From the IMG/VR virus record IMGVR_UViG_3300032007_000036, positions 1 to 64,000 of that record: 64,000 nt of DNA. The stretch is one strand, 5' to 3'. The notes beneath the pieces were generated by a model, which was not told where the DNA came from, searched no databases, and saw only the letters and a list, made by a program, of their open reading frames with translations. Every line of letters begins with the position of its first letter. Position 1 is the first letter of the stretch. Positions 62,959-64,000 of the stretch are shown piece by piece. The translations under genes were made by a program, and so were the position numbers. The DNA is from a virus. Its lineage: Duplodnaviria > Caudoviricetes.

Positions 62959-63975
62959 TTATTTGCCTTCGAGACGACGACGCAGGCTGACAATTGCATT
63001 CAGTGCCGAAGTAGACGCCAGCACTTTGCCAACAGCGTTGTTGTTGAAGGTGATCGGTGCACCAGTCTTGGCGTAAGAGACAAGCTGATACATAGCCGTG
63101 TAGAACGTATCGAACTTCAGCGAATCCGTGGGAGTCGGAAGACGATAGTCCATACGGAATAGAGTGCTGTCCTTGAACAGGCTGCCGTAACCCTGCGTCA
63201 GTTTCTTGAAGACGATGTTGATCAACTCAGCGTAGTAGGCAGCATTCTTGTTTCCATTGCGCGGGCAGCAGATAACCATGATGTCGTACAGCTTGTAAGC
63301 TGCCTTTATCATGGACTGCTCATCGTCTTTGCGAGCCTTGGCGCATATCTCCTTGTACTCATCGAACATGCGGATGAGCTGACGACCAGCTGGAGTGTGC
63401 ATGTGGAGGTCATCTGAGATACCAGAGTTGATCGTGTTGACCTTGTTCTTGATCGCATCAGCCGTAGCAGACGATGTACGAAGTTTGGTCTTGATGATCA
63501 CCTTCGGGGCAGTCTTCACAGGTTCCACAGGCTTCTCGAGATCAACAGCTTTCGCTGCAGGTGTCGGTGCAGGAGCAGCGACAGGTTTCGGAGGAGGCGG
63601 AGGTGTAACCGGTTTCGGCTGTTCCACATGTTTGGGAACCTCCTGAGGTGCAGGCTGAGGAGGAGGAATCTTTTCCTTCACCTCTGCCGGTTGTTCCTGT
63701 CGGGGTGGAGGAGGAACTTCCTCTTTCGGCTGCTCTTCAGCGACAGGAGCGGGTTCCGGTGTAGTGGCAGCTTCAGCGGGAGCCTGATGCTCACCGTTAT
63801 CCGCACTTTCGGTACCGGTTGTGTCTTCTGCATCATCACCAGCGTCATCCGCAGGTACTGCAGCGTCACCGCTCAAAGCACTGGCAAGGGCAGCATCATT
63901 GAGTTCAGCGTTTTCTTCACTCATTGACTGGTTTCCTTGTCTGTTTCTGTTTTTGTGACGATTTTTCTTGCTCAT
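62959..63975 (-). CDS. Protein with a disordered Pro/Glu-rich N-terminal half and helical C-domain, possibly virion-associated
   Basis: 338 aa, AAGGA RBS. Confidence 0.65.
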   Translation of the reverse strand: MSKKNRHKNRNRQGNQSMSEENAELNDAALASALSGDAAVPADDAGDDAEDTTGTESADNGEHQAPAEAATTPEPAPVAEEQPKEEVPPPPRQEQPAEVKEKIPPPQPAPQEVPKHVEQPKPVTPPPPPKPVAAPAPTPAAKAVDLEKPVEPVKTAPKVIIKTKLRTSSATADAIKNKVNTINSGISDDLHMHTPAGRQLIRMFDEYKEICAKARKDDEQSMIKAAYKLYDIMVICCPRNGNKNAAYYAELINIVFKKLTQGYGSLFKDSTLFRMDYRLPTPTDSLKFDTFYTAMYQLVSYAKTGAPITFNNNAVGKVLASTSALNAIVSLRRRLEGK

Positions 63976-64000
63976 TGGGTAAGATCCTTCGTTCGCAACG

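Noticed and set aside
1-64000. CRISPR arrays, IS elements, introns/inteins, or an alternative genetic code
   Set aside because: No regularly spaced repeats or transposase motifs were seen. Core genes are uninterrupted and lack obvious intein motifs, and TAA, TAG and TGA all end genes at sensible positions.

Overview
This 64 kb window looks like part of a phiKZ-like jumbo myophage (Chimalliviridae-type). The assignment rests on recalled family motifs and gene order, not on a database search. It encodes an SbcC/SMC ATPase, terminase large subunit, SNF2-type helicase, gp175-like head maturation protease, baseplate/virion proteins, tail sheath and tube, probable portal, split multisubunit RNA polymerase pieces (virion and non-virion), GyrA- and GyrB-type topoisomerase subunits, a lipoprotein GH24 lysozyme and a partial MYG1-family nuclease that the ORF track missed. 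Transcription signals are easy to read: repeated early-type promoters (TCA-N4-TATATTAC, all on the - strand), late-type ATCNTATG motifs and many strong hairpin terminators. The most unusual items are: (1) a circularly permuted, anticodon-less tRNA-like gene at 3659-3731 with its own promoter and U-tract; (2) two further ORF-less, structured transcription units bounded by a promoter and a terminator; (3) an active plus inactive ClpP-like gene pair next to the head protease, and a separate catalytically dead paralog of the head protease; (4) a shared Tyr-rich module inserted into four different tail proteins. No CRISPR array, rRNA gene or IS element was seen.
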